A model generated the notes under the pieces. It worked only from the letters and a program-made list of their open reading frames with translations, ran no database searches and had not been told where the DNA came from. The translations under genes were made by a program, and so were the position numbers. Below are positions 23,881 through 35,634 of a stretch of 62,587 nt of DNA, piece after piece. Numbering within the stretch: the stretch's first letter is position 1; every line of letters starts with the position of its first letter. Source of the DNA: Carcharhinus longimanus (Eukaryota); the NCBI GenBank assembly GCA_030264375.1, contig JASCQW010000119.1:47720636-47783222 (forward strand), given 5' to 3'.

Positions 23881-24354
23881 TCCAAGAGTTTGATTTTTCT
23901 TTTTATTGTTAAGCAGATCTTTTGTAACCTGATGCCAAGGAGTGTGGTTGATAGTGAAGTACCATGAAGAGACAAGACAGTCGAGTACGCTATTGATTAA
24001 AACTGCGAGTGTGTGCAGTGATGGTCATAGCAAGGGAAAACACACACCTGAGTTTAAGGCAAAGGAATTCTCATGGGAAGGGCAGTAATAGTTGAGTTAG
24101 GGCAAGAAGCAGGCCACTTGAGATGTCTAGGGGAGGGGGTATGAGAGGTAGACAATTGAGGACAACAAATCAAGGTAGAGCAGTGAAAATCCGTTCCATC
24201 CATCTACATCTAACAGCTGCCAATCACATTGCCATCATGTGAATGTGTTTGGAATCTTTTCCTCTCCTCTGGTCTCGTCCAGTTTTAATGGTAAAATAAC
24301 AAACGTAATTGGACTTGGGGGTTTTACATTTTACAATGTGCAGTCACAGGAGGA

Positions 24355-24965
24355 CAGAGTGGTGATGAAGGCATTCAGCATGCTTGGTTTCATTGGTTAG
24401 AACATTGAATGCAGGAGTTGGGATGTCTTGTTGAAGATGTACAAGACATTGGTAAGGCCACACTTGGAATACTGTGTACAGTTCTGATCACCCTATTATA
24501 GAAAGGATATTATTAAATTAGAAAGATTTACTAGGATACTATCAGGATAGTTATAAGGAGAGGCCGGATAGACTGGGATTTTTTTCTCTGGAGCGTAGAA
24601 GGTTGAGGGATGATCTTATAGAGGTCTGTAAAATAATGAGGGGCATAGATCAGCTAAATAGTCAATATCTTTTCCCAAAGGTAGGGTAGTCTAAAATTAG
24701 AGGGCATAGGTTTAAGGTAAGAGGGGAGAGAAACAAAAGGGTCCAGAGGGTGGCGAGTCTCTGGAACAGGTTGCCAAAAGTAGTAATAGAGGCGGGTACA
24801 ATTTTATCCTTAAAAAGCATTTAAACAGTTACATGGGTAAGATGGGTATCGAGGGACATGGGCCAAATGTAGGCAATTGGGACTAGCTAGGGGGGTTTAA
24901 AAAAAAGGTGGCATGGGCAAGTTGAGTTGAAGGATCTGTTTCCCTGCTGTAAACTTCTGACTCTG
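24355..24965 (+). mobile_element. CR1/HER1 LINE 3' fragment
   Basis: TTGGTAAGGCCACACTTGGAATACTGTGTACAGTTC (LVRPHLEYCVQF) and AGAGGGCATAGGTTTAAGGT (RGHRFK). Confidence 0.9.
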
Positions 24966-25944
24966 TGATTTTCTATAGCTGAATTATATTGATTTGAAGG
25001 GGCACAATTTGCTGCAGACCTTGGATTTTTTTGATTTTAATAACGGAGCAAAAGTTTGAAGGCCTTTTGAAAGTCAGTGGAGCATTTGAGGCTTCCAGTC
25101 TACAACATAGCCTATAACAACAGGTCAACAGTGCTGTTTGAGAAATATTACTGTGCACAAAACTGCTGTGTTAAATTACACAATAGTAACTGGGCTTCTA
25201 AAAATAGTTATTTTGTGATTTTTGGGAGATGTGACGAGCTACGATGTAATTGCAAATTCTTTCTTTACCAGAAGACAGTTTGTCATTTACCTTTTAATCT
25301 CTTTGCAGCACTGCTACCATTATAGGCTCAGATTTCCCAATTCCATTGCAGTGACACGCAAGAGCATGTTTTCTATTTCAGATGTTAGATGAGAGTTGTA
25401 ATGGGAAAATTAATTGTACTGAGAAATCACTGTTTGAAGTACAACTCTGATGTATGCATATATTTGGCATTGCTTCAACCTATTGCTGAAAGTACAGTTG
25501 TAATCCCATAGCGGTAGTTCCTGTTGCTGTTCACAAAGCTACACAAACTGCCTTTAAGAGATATGTCACACAAAGAAGGTAAAATGATGTTTATTTAAAT
25601 ACATATGCCATAAATTGTGTATAAAACAATGATCGACAAATGATTGGTATTAATTCAGAAATGCTTGATTTATAAACTGTTCATGTTTTGCCTGTGTGCT
25701 TTAACATTGTCAGAATGACAGAATTTGAATTATTGCTTTCTAATTTATTAGACATCACTTGGCAGAAGCTAAATATTTGCTAAATGTGAAATGTTTGATT
25801 TTCTAAAGTTTAGATTTTCACACTTTGAACTAATTTAATCAACAACAGTGAATGTTTTAGTTCCGAGTTGCGATATTAAATTATCTTCTCCTTGCAAATC
25901 AGTGTGCAGTTATTACATAAATCTTCTGTACACTTGCTTTTCAG

Positions 25945-25958
25945 TACAGTTTTGACAG
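25945..25958 (+). other. Candidate 14-nt microexon TACAGTTTTGACAG
   Basis: cacttgcttttcag|...CAG|gtgagc: strong sites on both sides with an upstream TGC. Confidence 0.45.
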
Positions 25959-27079
25959 GTGAGCGAGTCCTGTTTATTCTAAGTGCGTTAACGCCTCTTA
26001 GAATAGCGGAAAGGAATTTAATGTTGAGCGTGTTAAGTTTTGGAGGATAACATCAGGAGCAATTTATACCCCATTGATAATTTAACCTTCAATTGTGAGG
26101 TTTATTTTCTATTTCTCTCCCTCCAAATCGCCCATTGCCTGCTTTATCCTTTTCTTTGTGAATTTGCTCTTGGAATATGAGTAACACCACTGAGCCAATA
26201 TTTGTTTCCCATGCTTGGTTGTTCTGAAAACATTGAATCGATGATTACAGTATAGCACTGGCATAATGTACCGAGTGGCTGGTTTCACTAAGGGCAGGAG
26301 TGAACTCGTTGGGTTTTTACAAATATCTTGACAGCTTTTATCGTCATTTATTGAATTCTGTTTTGTAAGTTGTATGGTGGGATGACCTCTGCATTGCTGG
26401 TTAAATACTATAATCATAAAGCTGCTATACCCACCAGTGTGTTTTGTTCCCCCCCCTCCCTCCCCCCCACCCCCGACCCGCCCCCCCAGCGCAAACCTTC
26501 ACTGACCTGATGTGAAAACCTCTCCATTTTTCATCTAATGGATATACTTCCCTTATTGTCATAGTGATATAACTTTAACTGNNNNNNNNNNNNNNNNNNN
26601 NNNNNNNNNNNNNNNNNNNNNNNNNNNNNNNNNNNNNNNNNNNNNNNNNNNNNNNNNNNNNNNNNNNNNNNNNNNNNNNNNNNNNNNNNNNNNNNNNNNN
26701 NNNNNNNNNNNNNNNNNNNNNNNNNNNNNNNNNNNNNNNNNNNNNNNNNNNNNNNNNNNNNNNNNNNNNNNNNNNNNNNNNNNNNNNNNNNNNNNNNNNN
26801 NNNNNNNNNNNNNNNNNNNNNNNNNNNNNNNNNNNNNNNNNNNNNNNNNNNNNNNNNNNNNNNNNNNNNNNNNNNNNNNNNNNNNNNNNNNNNNNNNNNN
26901 NNNNNNNNNNNNNNNNNNNNATCTTATTGAATGGCGGGGCAGGCTTGAAGGGCTAGATGGCCTACTCCTGCTCCTATTTCTTATGTTCTTATTATGTAAG
27001 CCTTCGTTACTGTTAATATCACCTTGTATCACAGCAGAAACAAGAAGAATATTTGCTACTTAAATCTGAAACTGGCATT

Positions 27080-28500
27080 GATGCCCATCATTAAGAATGT
27101 GTGATGGCTAGGGAAGGCCTATGAAATCCAATGCTGTGTAGACCAGCATGGCATGTGCAATTGCTTCCAGGCTGCCAAGACCATCATTGGACCAAAAACA
27201 AAAGGTTGCTCACTACGAGCTAAGGATGCCAAGACTCAAAGATGATGCAACCATCTGAGACTGTTGAAAGGAACGTTACATAACCTTCAGAAGTGCGAGA
27301 CACTTGTATCAGAAAGAAAATCCAAGCAAAATTTCTCTGCAGCTTGAGTGGTCAGATTTGGATGTATTGCAAACTACTGTCTGATATACAGAAGACTAAC
27401 TAGTCATGTAGTCTGGGTAACATTGGCATAGAGATCTGTAATGCTAGTAGTCAGCAACACTGTCTTTGATCTTTGACAATAACATTAACAAGAGGAGGTA
27501 CTACCTCCCAACTCCTGCAGTGCCATTACTGTTTCATTTTTCAAGAAGAGTGACGAATCAATTTGTGCAAACTATTGAGGAGTATCCCTTTTGTCCACTG
27601 GGGAAGATTCTTGCACACATTCTTCTGAACTGCCTGGTACCTGCCTCAAAGACATCCTTCTAGTGTCTCCAGCATTACAGTGGAATTACTAATCTTTGAA
27701 GCTTGATGAATACAAGAAAAATGTCTGGAATATCGCACAGAATGGTACATGGCCTTTATTGATCTGTCAAAGGCATTTGACTCCCTCAGCAACAAAGCAT
27801 TTCAATAAATCCTACAGACACTTGGATATTCCAACAAAGCTTAGTCTCCTGAAACTTGAGGCAGCAACTGTCTTTGACAGTGGATTGGAGTTGGAGGCCT
27901 TTTGTATCTGGATGGGTGTCAAGCGTGATTGTGCCAAATCTTTTCACTTTCTACCTTGGCCTACTCACAGAATCCATTAGTAACTAGCTTGCAGAAAAGT
28001 TATGATTAAGTTTGAACTCAGCAAGGTCACCATCAAAGCATTGAAGAAGAGACCCAGCACAGAATCACTGCTTTGACTGTCAAGATCTCCATAAGACTAA
28101 GGCTTCAGTCTACGACACTTGTCACTACCTTTTATATATTGCAGTGAGACTTGGATTACCTGCCAAAGGCATGTCTACACACTGGAGAATTTTCAGCAGT
28201 GACGTCTCTGCAAGACCTTCAGTCAAGTGGGCAGACAGATGAACAAACTTCACATCTTCACTGAAGCCAATTCCTCTAGTCTGGTAACCACGATCATACA
28301 AAATCAGTTTCATTGGCGTCAGAACAATTAATCTGCTTCTGAAGCAGATACTCTGCTCTCAACTTCAGGATGTCACCTGAGCATGAGGAAGGCAGAGGAA
28401 ATGTTGCAAGGGCTCTCTGGTCTCGTAATGGGGATTAGTTGGCCTCTATGCATGGGAGGAACTTGCTGCCAAGTGTGCCACCTGGTGGTGTCTCCTTTAA
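27080..28500 (+). mobile_element. Degenerate RTE-like LINE reverse transcriptase fragment
   Basis: GCCTTTATTGATCTGTCAAAGGCATTTGACTCC (AFIDLSKAFDS), a GVKRDC remnant and an LKQILCSQL C-terminal remnant. Confidence 0.6.
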
Positions 28501-28894
28501 TGAGCTGCAAATGGGAAACTAGCTGGACAGGAGAAAAGAGAATCAAAATCTGGATTGAGGAAACTCCTATTTTCAGGACAATTCTTGTCCTTTCTGCTTA
28601 AAAACTTGTAGCTCCTGAATTGACCTGAGTTACCTGAGGACACATCATGAAACGTGGCAAAAATCATGTTTGTTTTAAAGGATTGATGCCAACTCGCCCT
28701 GTGTTCACCACAAAAGATATGCAGTATGTGGCCCAAATTCTTCCCCTGCCCATGAGCTGTAGAACAATGGGTATCCTCAGCATTGGCTTTTAGTACCCCC
28801 CACCAAGTATTTCAGAAACAAAATCACAAAACGTGTTTATTGCCACAACCTCTCGCAATAAAAGACAAATGAGTGCTTGAAGCTGTAGAAGATA

Positions 28895-29130
28895 GAACAA
28901 CAACTTGTACTTATTTAGTGTTTAACATAGTAGAACGTCCAAAAGTACTTGGCAGGAGATTAGCAAAATTTGACCGAGATACAAAAAAGAATATATTAGG
29001 GACAGGGCGGGGGAAGGAAAGGAGCGAGGAGCGCTGATAACTTGAAAGTTGGAAGGACTGGTGGAGATGAGAGCTGGGCAGGTTCAAGGTCATGGAGAGA
29101 TGAAAAAATGGGTGCGAACACTAGAAATGA
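28895..29130 (-). mobile_element. L2-type 3' end
   Basis: Reverse complement of the tail at about 22030-22070; a similar piece lies at 44070-44230. Confidence 0.5.
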
Positions 29131-30145
29131 AGAGAGAACGGTGTGATGAGCAGGACCTAAAAACAAGAGTAGCAGTAAAGCAGGTGAATAGAGAGTGTTG
29201 TATGTTATTCAAAGTTTATTTTGATAGTGGGGGAAATGCTTGATGTTTAAACAGGTACTGTTGCTCAATTACATTTTAGTTATTCAACATGCTTGATGAG
29301 AATTGATGGCTTGAAAGCTGCTCTTTATTCTTCAGTGAAATTCTACAGAACAGTCGATCTATTTGTACATCAGTGTGAAGTATGTTCTACAGGAATGCCC
29401 ATTCTTTACCCATTTGAATTTCCTTGGTTTAAAAAAAAGTGAAGGAAATACTTTCCAGCTCAATGGCTGAGAATTATGTTTGGGCTCATCGTTGCTTATT
29501 GTACAAATAATAATGTGTTATATAGTTTGACACAAGTTAGATGGGCCCCAGAGCTCTGAATGTTTAAACAGACGGCTGCAGTAGTAAGCTTTATAAGGAG
29601 TGGAATAGACTCAGTTTTTGAGCGAATTCAGTTGACAAAATGTATGGTATTATTACTGCAACTTGAAGTTTGAAGCTTTTTTGCCAGTACAGAATATTTT
29701 CATGTGCTTATCAAAATATAATAGTTTTTAATGGTCAGCGAAACTTGTTATTTTGGCTATAAGTTAATATAATTGTAAAAGCAGTAAATTGTGAACTAGA
29801 TCTGCTTGCATTTGCTGTTCACTGTCATTTAATCTTGCTTGTAGAATTTGTGGTGGTGTTATGTCTTTCTGGTGTTGTTTCAACATTACCCTCTAAAGAT
29901 GGATTGTGTTGTGTTGCTGGTCCCAAAGTATGTAACATTTGTGCACTGTGGCAACCTGAATTTAAATTTGCTGAATCTGCAACCACCCAGTTTTTTTCTG
30001 TGTTCATAACAAACAAATCTCAGCTTACATTTGGGTTTCTCTTAGTTGTTGACAAGATCCAGGTATTATGAGCACTTTCCGTTCCCCTTCAAAGCTAATG
30101 TACAAGCAATTTAAGGAATTTGTTCAGTTTTGCTCTTTTTCTCAG

Positions 30146-30156
30146 TGACTCTGCAG
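30146..30156 (+). other. Candidate 11-nt microexon TGACTCTGCAG
   Basis: ttttgctctttttctcag|...CAG|gtatta. Confidence 0.4.
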
Positions 30157-30452
30157 GTATTAATTGATTTTTCTCATTGTGGAAAGGAGTAAGAAATATT
30201 AATCTACAGCTATCTTTTTTTGTTTCTGCCTATCTCATGGACTGAAAATATACCAGAAAATGCCCCTTTAACATTAACCTTGTGCAAAATTGGTAGCAGC
30301 CTTGGCTGACAGGGAATGCTTTTTGAATTTCTGACTTCTAATATAGCATATCCTGAGTTTATTCTTATCAAGGAGAAATTAGTTGAACTTATTTTCGGTG
30401 CACGTAGCTCGAATCTTATTGCCTGTGCATGTTCTTTCTTCCTCCTTTTCAG

Positions 30453-30465
30453 GCAGCACCTTTTG
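30453..30465 (+). other. Candidate 13-nt microexon GCAGCACCTTTTG
   Basis: tgcatgttctttcttcctccttttcag|...TTG|gtaacc. Confidence 0.4.
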
Positions 30466-33400
30466 GTAACCGAGCCTTCAACTGTCTTGGCTACATAATC
30501 CGGAAACTTGTGCTTAATCCTTTAAACTCCTGTAGTTTGTCATGGGTCAGCTTGGCTTTGTTGGAAGCAAAATTGACTCTGATTATGGATTCCATTGAGT
30601 TTAGTATAAAATCTGTTGATGCAATGCAGAGTTGTATTGTTGGGGGTGTTGCCATGCAGATCTGATATGAAACGGTGTTCTCATGCACTCACTATTTTAT
30701 TCTCTTTTGTCTCATTCTCTTTTGTGCCTATGGCTATCTGCCCATATGGTAGTGTGATGACACAAATTCTTCCAGTATTTCATCCATGTAGCTATTCTTG
30801 AAGTGGGGCACATGGTAAATGTTGGCATGCTCTTATTTCATTAGTGGGAGTGTGGCATTGTTATTTATGTGTTAATTTTCTATCAGTCCCGCTGTTGTCC
30901 TGTTTGTACATTTATAAACTATTGCACTCTGAAGTCTTTCTCACAAACTGGGGATAAAAGTTGAACTTGCATTTTGTAGGTTCAATACTAGATCACAATG
31001 CACCAAGACACAGGCAAGAAACCTGCATTACAAATTTTTAATGAGCACAAATTTGTAGTGTAGAGATAAGTGACAGATCTAATATTGAATTGGTAGCTAA
31101 GATTTCTGTTCAGCACAAAAAATAAAATGAAACTATTCTGACCGTGGAAAATCTTGGTAGAACCAGGATTGGCATTCAGCTCATCATGGTGAGATTTTAG
31201 TATTTAAAAAAAAATTGTAAAAATCAGAACAATTTACAAAAGAAATGGTGGGGCTGATGGGAAGAACATAATTACTACAGCATCACTAAACCCATTCAAT
31301 AGTCTGCAGTACAAGAATCTCCTCTTTTTTTTTTACTTAGCTGATGTGTGATGTTTGTTCTTTGGATATGGTCCACGCTGGCAAGGTAGCCTGCGAAAGT
31401 GGTAGTACTCCCAAGATGGTGTCAGGAAGCAAATTCCTAGTTTGTAACTTAGTGAACATGATCAAAGATTAAGAGCAAGTCGGGATGATTTGTGGCATTA
31501 GAAGTGCATTTGTATCATTTGTTTGTTTCTGTCTCAGTATTTGAGGTCACATGGCTTGGGTCTGCTGTAGATGTAAGATTTTGATTTGCTATAGTGCATC
31601 TTAAAGATAAACCTCTCTCCGTTGATATACGTTACAAAGTTCATTGACTGTGTTGCTGGTGAAACAGGCTAATTGACCCTGCATGATATTGAGCTTATTG
31701 ATTGTTGTTGATGCTATTGTATCCACCCAGGTAGAATGTTAAGCATTCTATCACATTCTGGGATGTTGGATAAAAGATACAGATGTTGAAAATGATTACA
31801 TTAATTTACATGACTAGCTTGTGGAAAAGCTAATTGATTAAATTGAGCACCCACCTATAGGTGTTGGTGAGGATAATTTTGTTCTGCTTGTTGTTGAGTC
31901 CATGTTAAAGGTAACTTATTTTGTTTTGCAGCAATTGTTTTTGCAACTCAGTTGTTGCTAGAGCACTTCGGAGAGCATTAAGCATTAGGCAGTTATTGTG
32001 GGCTCAAACTCTTAACCAGTTTAATGCTGAGCTTGTGATTTGTGGGGTATAAATTGTATCCCAGTAACTGCTGCTCATGTTGGAAATTGGTTGTTCAGTT
32101 TCATTTGTGATGATGGATGGAGTTCAGCATTTGGATTTGGGATCAAGCACGCGCACGCAATCTTTCTCAGTTTAGCATATTAGACAAATCCTGGCAGAGA
32201 CATCAACATTTCCTAACTGCCCGTATGTATAGATTTGCTATATGCCTGATTCTCATTTTTGGAGCAGAATTTTAATGAAAGTTGCATTGCAGAGGTTGAT
32301 GAGTTAATAGGAAAATGCTGTTAACAAGAGTCATTGTTGAGAAATAGATTAATTATTTGTATTATCAAATGAAACAGCTGTGTCTTAATTTTAAATGGTC
32401 TTTGCTTTAGAAACATAATTTGGACATTACTGAAACAGATCCATGCTGAAACTGAAGGTTCAGGTATTTAAACAAAACAGTGTTATGCCTGTTTAGTTTA
32501 CTAAATGAGTAATAATATCCATTGTGGGTACAGAAATAGCTTTGAATACATCCTTTTGCAAGCCTGATAAAAGTTCAACTTCTCAGGCAGCTCAGTGTTG
32601 AAATCGCTATATATAAAATGTTGCCAGTTATTGGATGACCTTGTTGCCATATGTAAATACTTATTGACAACTAGTACTGCAACATTTGTGCATTTTGCAG
32701 ACTGAACAACTGTACACTGATGCTTCGTGTTCTGTAAAACAAGCCATAGTCCATGGTTTCTGGATTTCTATTTGTCGGAATTCGTTGAGTTGGGTGTCAG
32801 AAATGACCAATGAGCTGTGGTGTCACCTGATAATGTTATGACTTGAATTGTCATATTACATTTTGGATTAAATTCTGAATTGTTTGCTGGTGCTATGCTG
32901 TAGGCTTATGTCAATCCATGAGTTAGTTTCACAGCCGTTAATTATGTTTAAATTGGATGCAGCAGAACATATTTTCAGTATATTTGTGTGAAAAATGATG
33001 AATTAAATAAAATAACTCTGAAATGATTTCTGATTCTATTCCCTAAGGGGAATGGATGTTCATTGGCAATGTGAGGTTCCTCAATTAGTAGAAAAATATG
33101 GTCAAATCCAATGTTAATTACACACTGCCACAAAATCTTCCTTAACCTCAGATTATTGCTGTTCCACCAGTCTGATGTTTTTCTCCGAAATTTGTGATCT
33201 TCCCTACTACCTCTAAGTCAAAAGCGCCAATCCAATTTCTGGCATTTCAATGGATATTGCCCTCTCTTAACTAGACTAAGAATGTTCCATCTTCCTCTGG
33301 AGAAAGGTGGGAAGTGATTAATGAACCCCAGCTAGCTTTCAACCTGTACCATCTGTTAAAGGATAGCTGATTAAAAAGTTTAAGGTAGGTTTAATATTCC

Positions 33401-34052
33401 ATAATCTAAAACTAATCAAGGTAATTCAATTCATCCTCAATCACCTGCAGTGTTATTGGAGTTGGAACAAAACTTTGCATGGCAGTTATGAATCTGAGTA
33501 TATTTTAGTTGCACTGACGGGAAGATTGAAAATCCAAGCCTGCAAAAATATGCAGCAGAATAATTGAGTTCAATTTTAAGGCAGCTTCATTTTGAGCAAA
33601 TCTTTTGAGCAAAATTTTGAGCAAAAAAGTATGACTTTATCAGCAGACAAGTCTATATCTGGAAACAGTGATGGAAACATTTTGGACAATGTTTTTTAGG
33701 TAGTTAAATAATTCCAGATGGATGTAACCCATGTGCTGTACTTGTCCTATTTATCAAGGGACAATTGTGAAATTCTTCAATCCTTAATATTTCAGGCTGA
33801 TGTCTGAAGCAAAATTATGTGGATTCGTGGAAATCAAAAGACTTAACAATTGCGAACGATTTTGAATCCAATTGTAGTGTTGGCTTGATTATAAAAATCA
33901 AAGTGTCATTTAATTTCCTGTTTTTGGCATCTTTTACAGTTTTTAAAAATGATAGGGAAATTAGCCAGTTGGAGCAGAATATGTGCCAGTGTGCCAATCT
34001 TAACGTTATGAGGTATTTGCATAAAATGTGCTTTTTAATCTATTTTATGTAG

Positions 34053-34161
34053 TGGAACTTCTCCCTTGGCATGTCTGAATGCTATGCTTCACACTAATTC
34101 TCGTGCAGATGATGGAATGTTTTACAGACTTCCAGGGCGGATGGGTCTTTATACATTGAAG
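34053..34161 (+). CDS. ASXL1: ASXL1 exon 4 (109 nt, phase 2 to 0): (S)[36 protein letters not shown]
   Basis: ttatgtag|TGGAACT...TTGAAG|gtaaga. Contains the ASXL-family HARE-HTH motif [13 protein letters not shown]. Confidence 0.97.
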
Positions 34162-35326
34162 GTAAGAACTATTGTACCATTTTGTTGCAATCACTCTAGG
34201 GATTTCCAAGCTTAGCATTTGTGAGCACCACAGGTGGATACCATGGTCCCTGGTGTCCGTATGAAGAAATAAAGGCGCAGTCACTTTTAATTTGTTTGTG
34301 TATATATATTCAGTTGCAAATATTCACAAATCTTCCAATTTAGGATTTAGCTTGAAATGTGGCAATAGAATCAACAACCTTAATTCCCAAAGCTCCAGAC
34401 TCAAAATCAAAACTGGAGAAATCAATAAGTAATAAACAAGCACAGACTCAGTTACTGGGGCTTCAGGGTCTATTGCGATTCTAGGGTCACTTGTAGCCCA
34501 CAGACTGCAGATTAGACACATCTACTGTCTTATTTACAGTACTCCTATTTTAAAAGAAAACTGTCTTATTAAATTGAAAGGCTTAAATTTCAATGTTATT
34601 TCAAGGGAACAGTTGTTGTAGGGGAGCTACTTTTAGAATAAAGTGTATATTTTTTTTGTCCTGCACAAATAAATTCATTCACCAACTGTACCCTCCCCCG
34701 ACTCTCGGGTCCACTCAGCAGGAATACCTAGTGATAAGTTGCCCTGAGGGCACTGATATTTTGAGAAATATTGCTGGTTTTCTTTACCATGACTTTATAT
34801 TAGGAATTTGTCTGTTGAAGACGTAACAGAACACAAAATGATATGAGGTGGTGTGTATAATCCAACCTTAAATTGAAATCATGTTCACTAATACATTTTG
34901 ATCATGTTATTTGTTCTTTAGCAATGATTGTGTGGCCTGGAAATTAAAATGATGTGGCTGCAAGAACTTTTTGGAAGAGGCTGTGGCCTCCAAGCACTTA
35001 TTCCACACAGTATCATATTACTGCACAGCTGCAGAAAGATATTTTTCAGTGTGTCCCTCCTACTCCCACTGATCTTCAGGCTCTTTTGTTCCTGAAGAAA
35101 ATTTGATGCAGGTTGACATTTTGAAAGACTCCATTCTGAGGCAGATAAAGTATTTGCATGCACAATACTCTGAATGCTCTTGCATTTTCCACCTAACATC
35201 CATACCTTTCTCTCACATGAAAACCATAAAGCTTTATAGAAGACTTGCATCGTTCCTAAGGCATTGAATATTTTCTGTACTTGTTTCATTAACTTCTGTC
35301 TGCAAGCTTATGTTATATTTTTTCAG

Positions 35327-35563
35327 AGACGTTAGTATGCTGCAGCTAATGTCCATTTAAACAGAACTGATTCAGACTGATTTGGATAAAAGAGCTTGTG
35401 GTTTGGTGTCAAATTATGGATTTTAAAACCAGGTTTAAAGCACCTGATTTAACTTGGAGTATCAGTGTCAGTTGTGATTTAGGCAATAATAGAGTTACAA
35501 TGTAAGTACTATTGTTTGTTAGATTCTTTCAGTTAAATAAAATTTGAATAAAATAAGAATAAA
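35327..35563 (+). other. ASXL1: Candidate alternative last exon or poison exon in intron 4 (AGA CGT TAG, then three AATAAA)
   Basis: ttatattttttcag|AGACGTTAG. AATAAA at 35536, 35547 and 35558. Possible donors after 35432 and 35501. Confidence 0.5.
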
Positions 35564-35634
35564 ATTTGCATACTGCATGTTCTCACTTTTTTAGACCGAT
35601 AAACTGGGTATTTTCCTGCGAGCAGAGAACTCTT

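Noticed and set aside
26448-26490. C-run tract, and G-run tracts at about 90-118 and 54433-54455, as G-quadruplexes
   Set aside because: Low-complexity runs with no supporting context.
32411-32463. 53-nt pseudo-exon whose peptide LKQIHAETEG echoes exon 2 ([11 protein letters not shown])
   Set aside because: The similarity is short and needs gaps, and the exon breaks the main frame; chance cannot be excluded.
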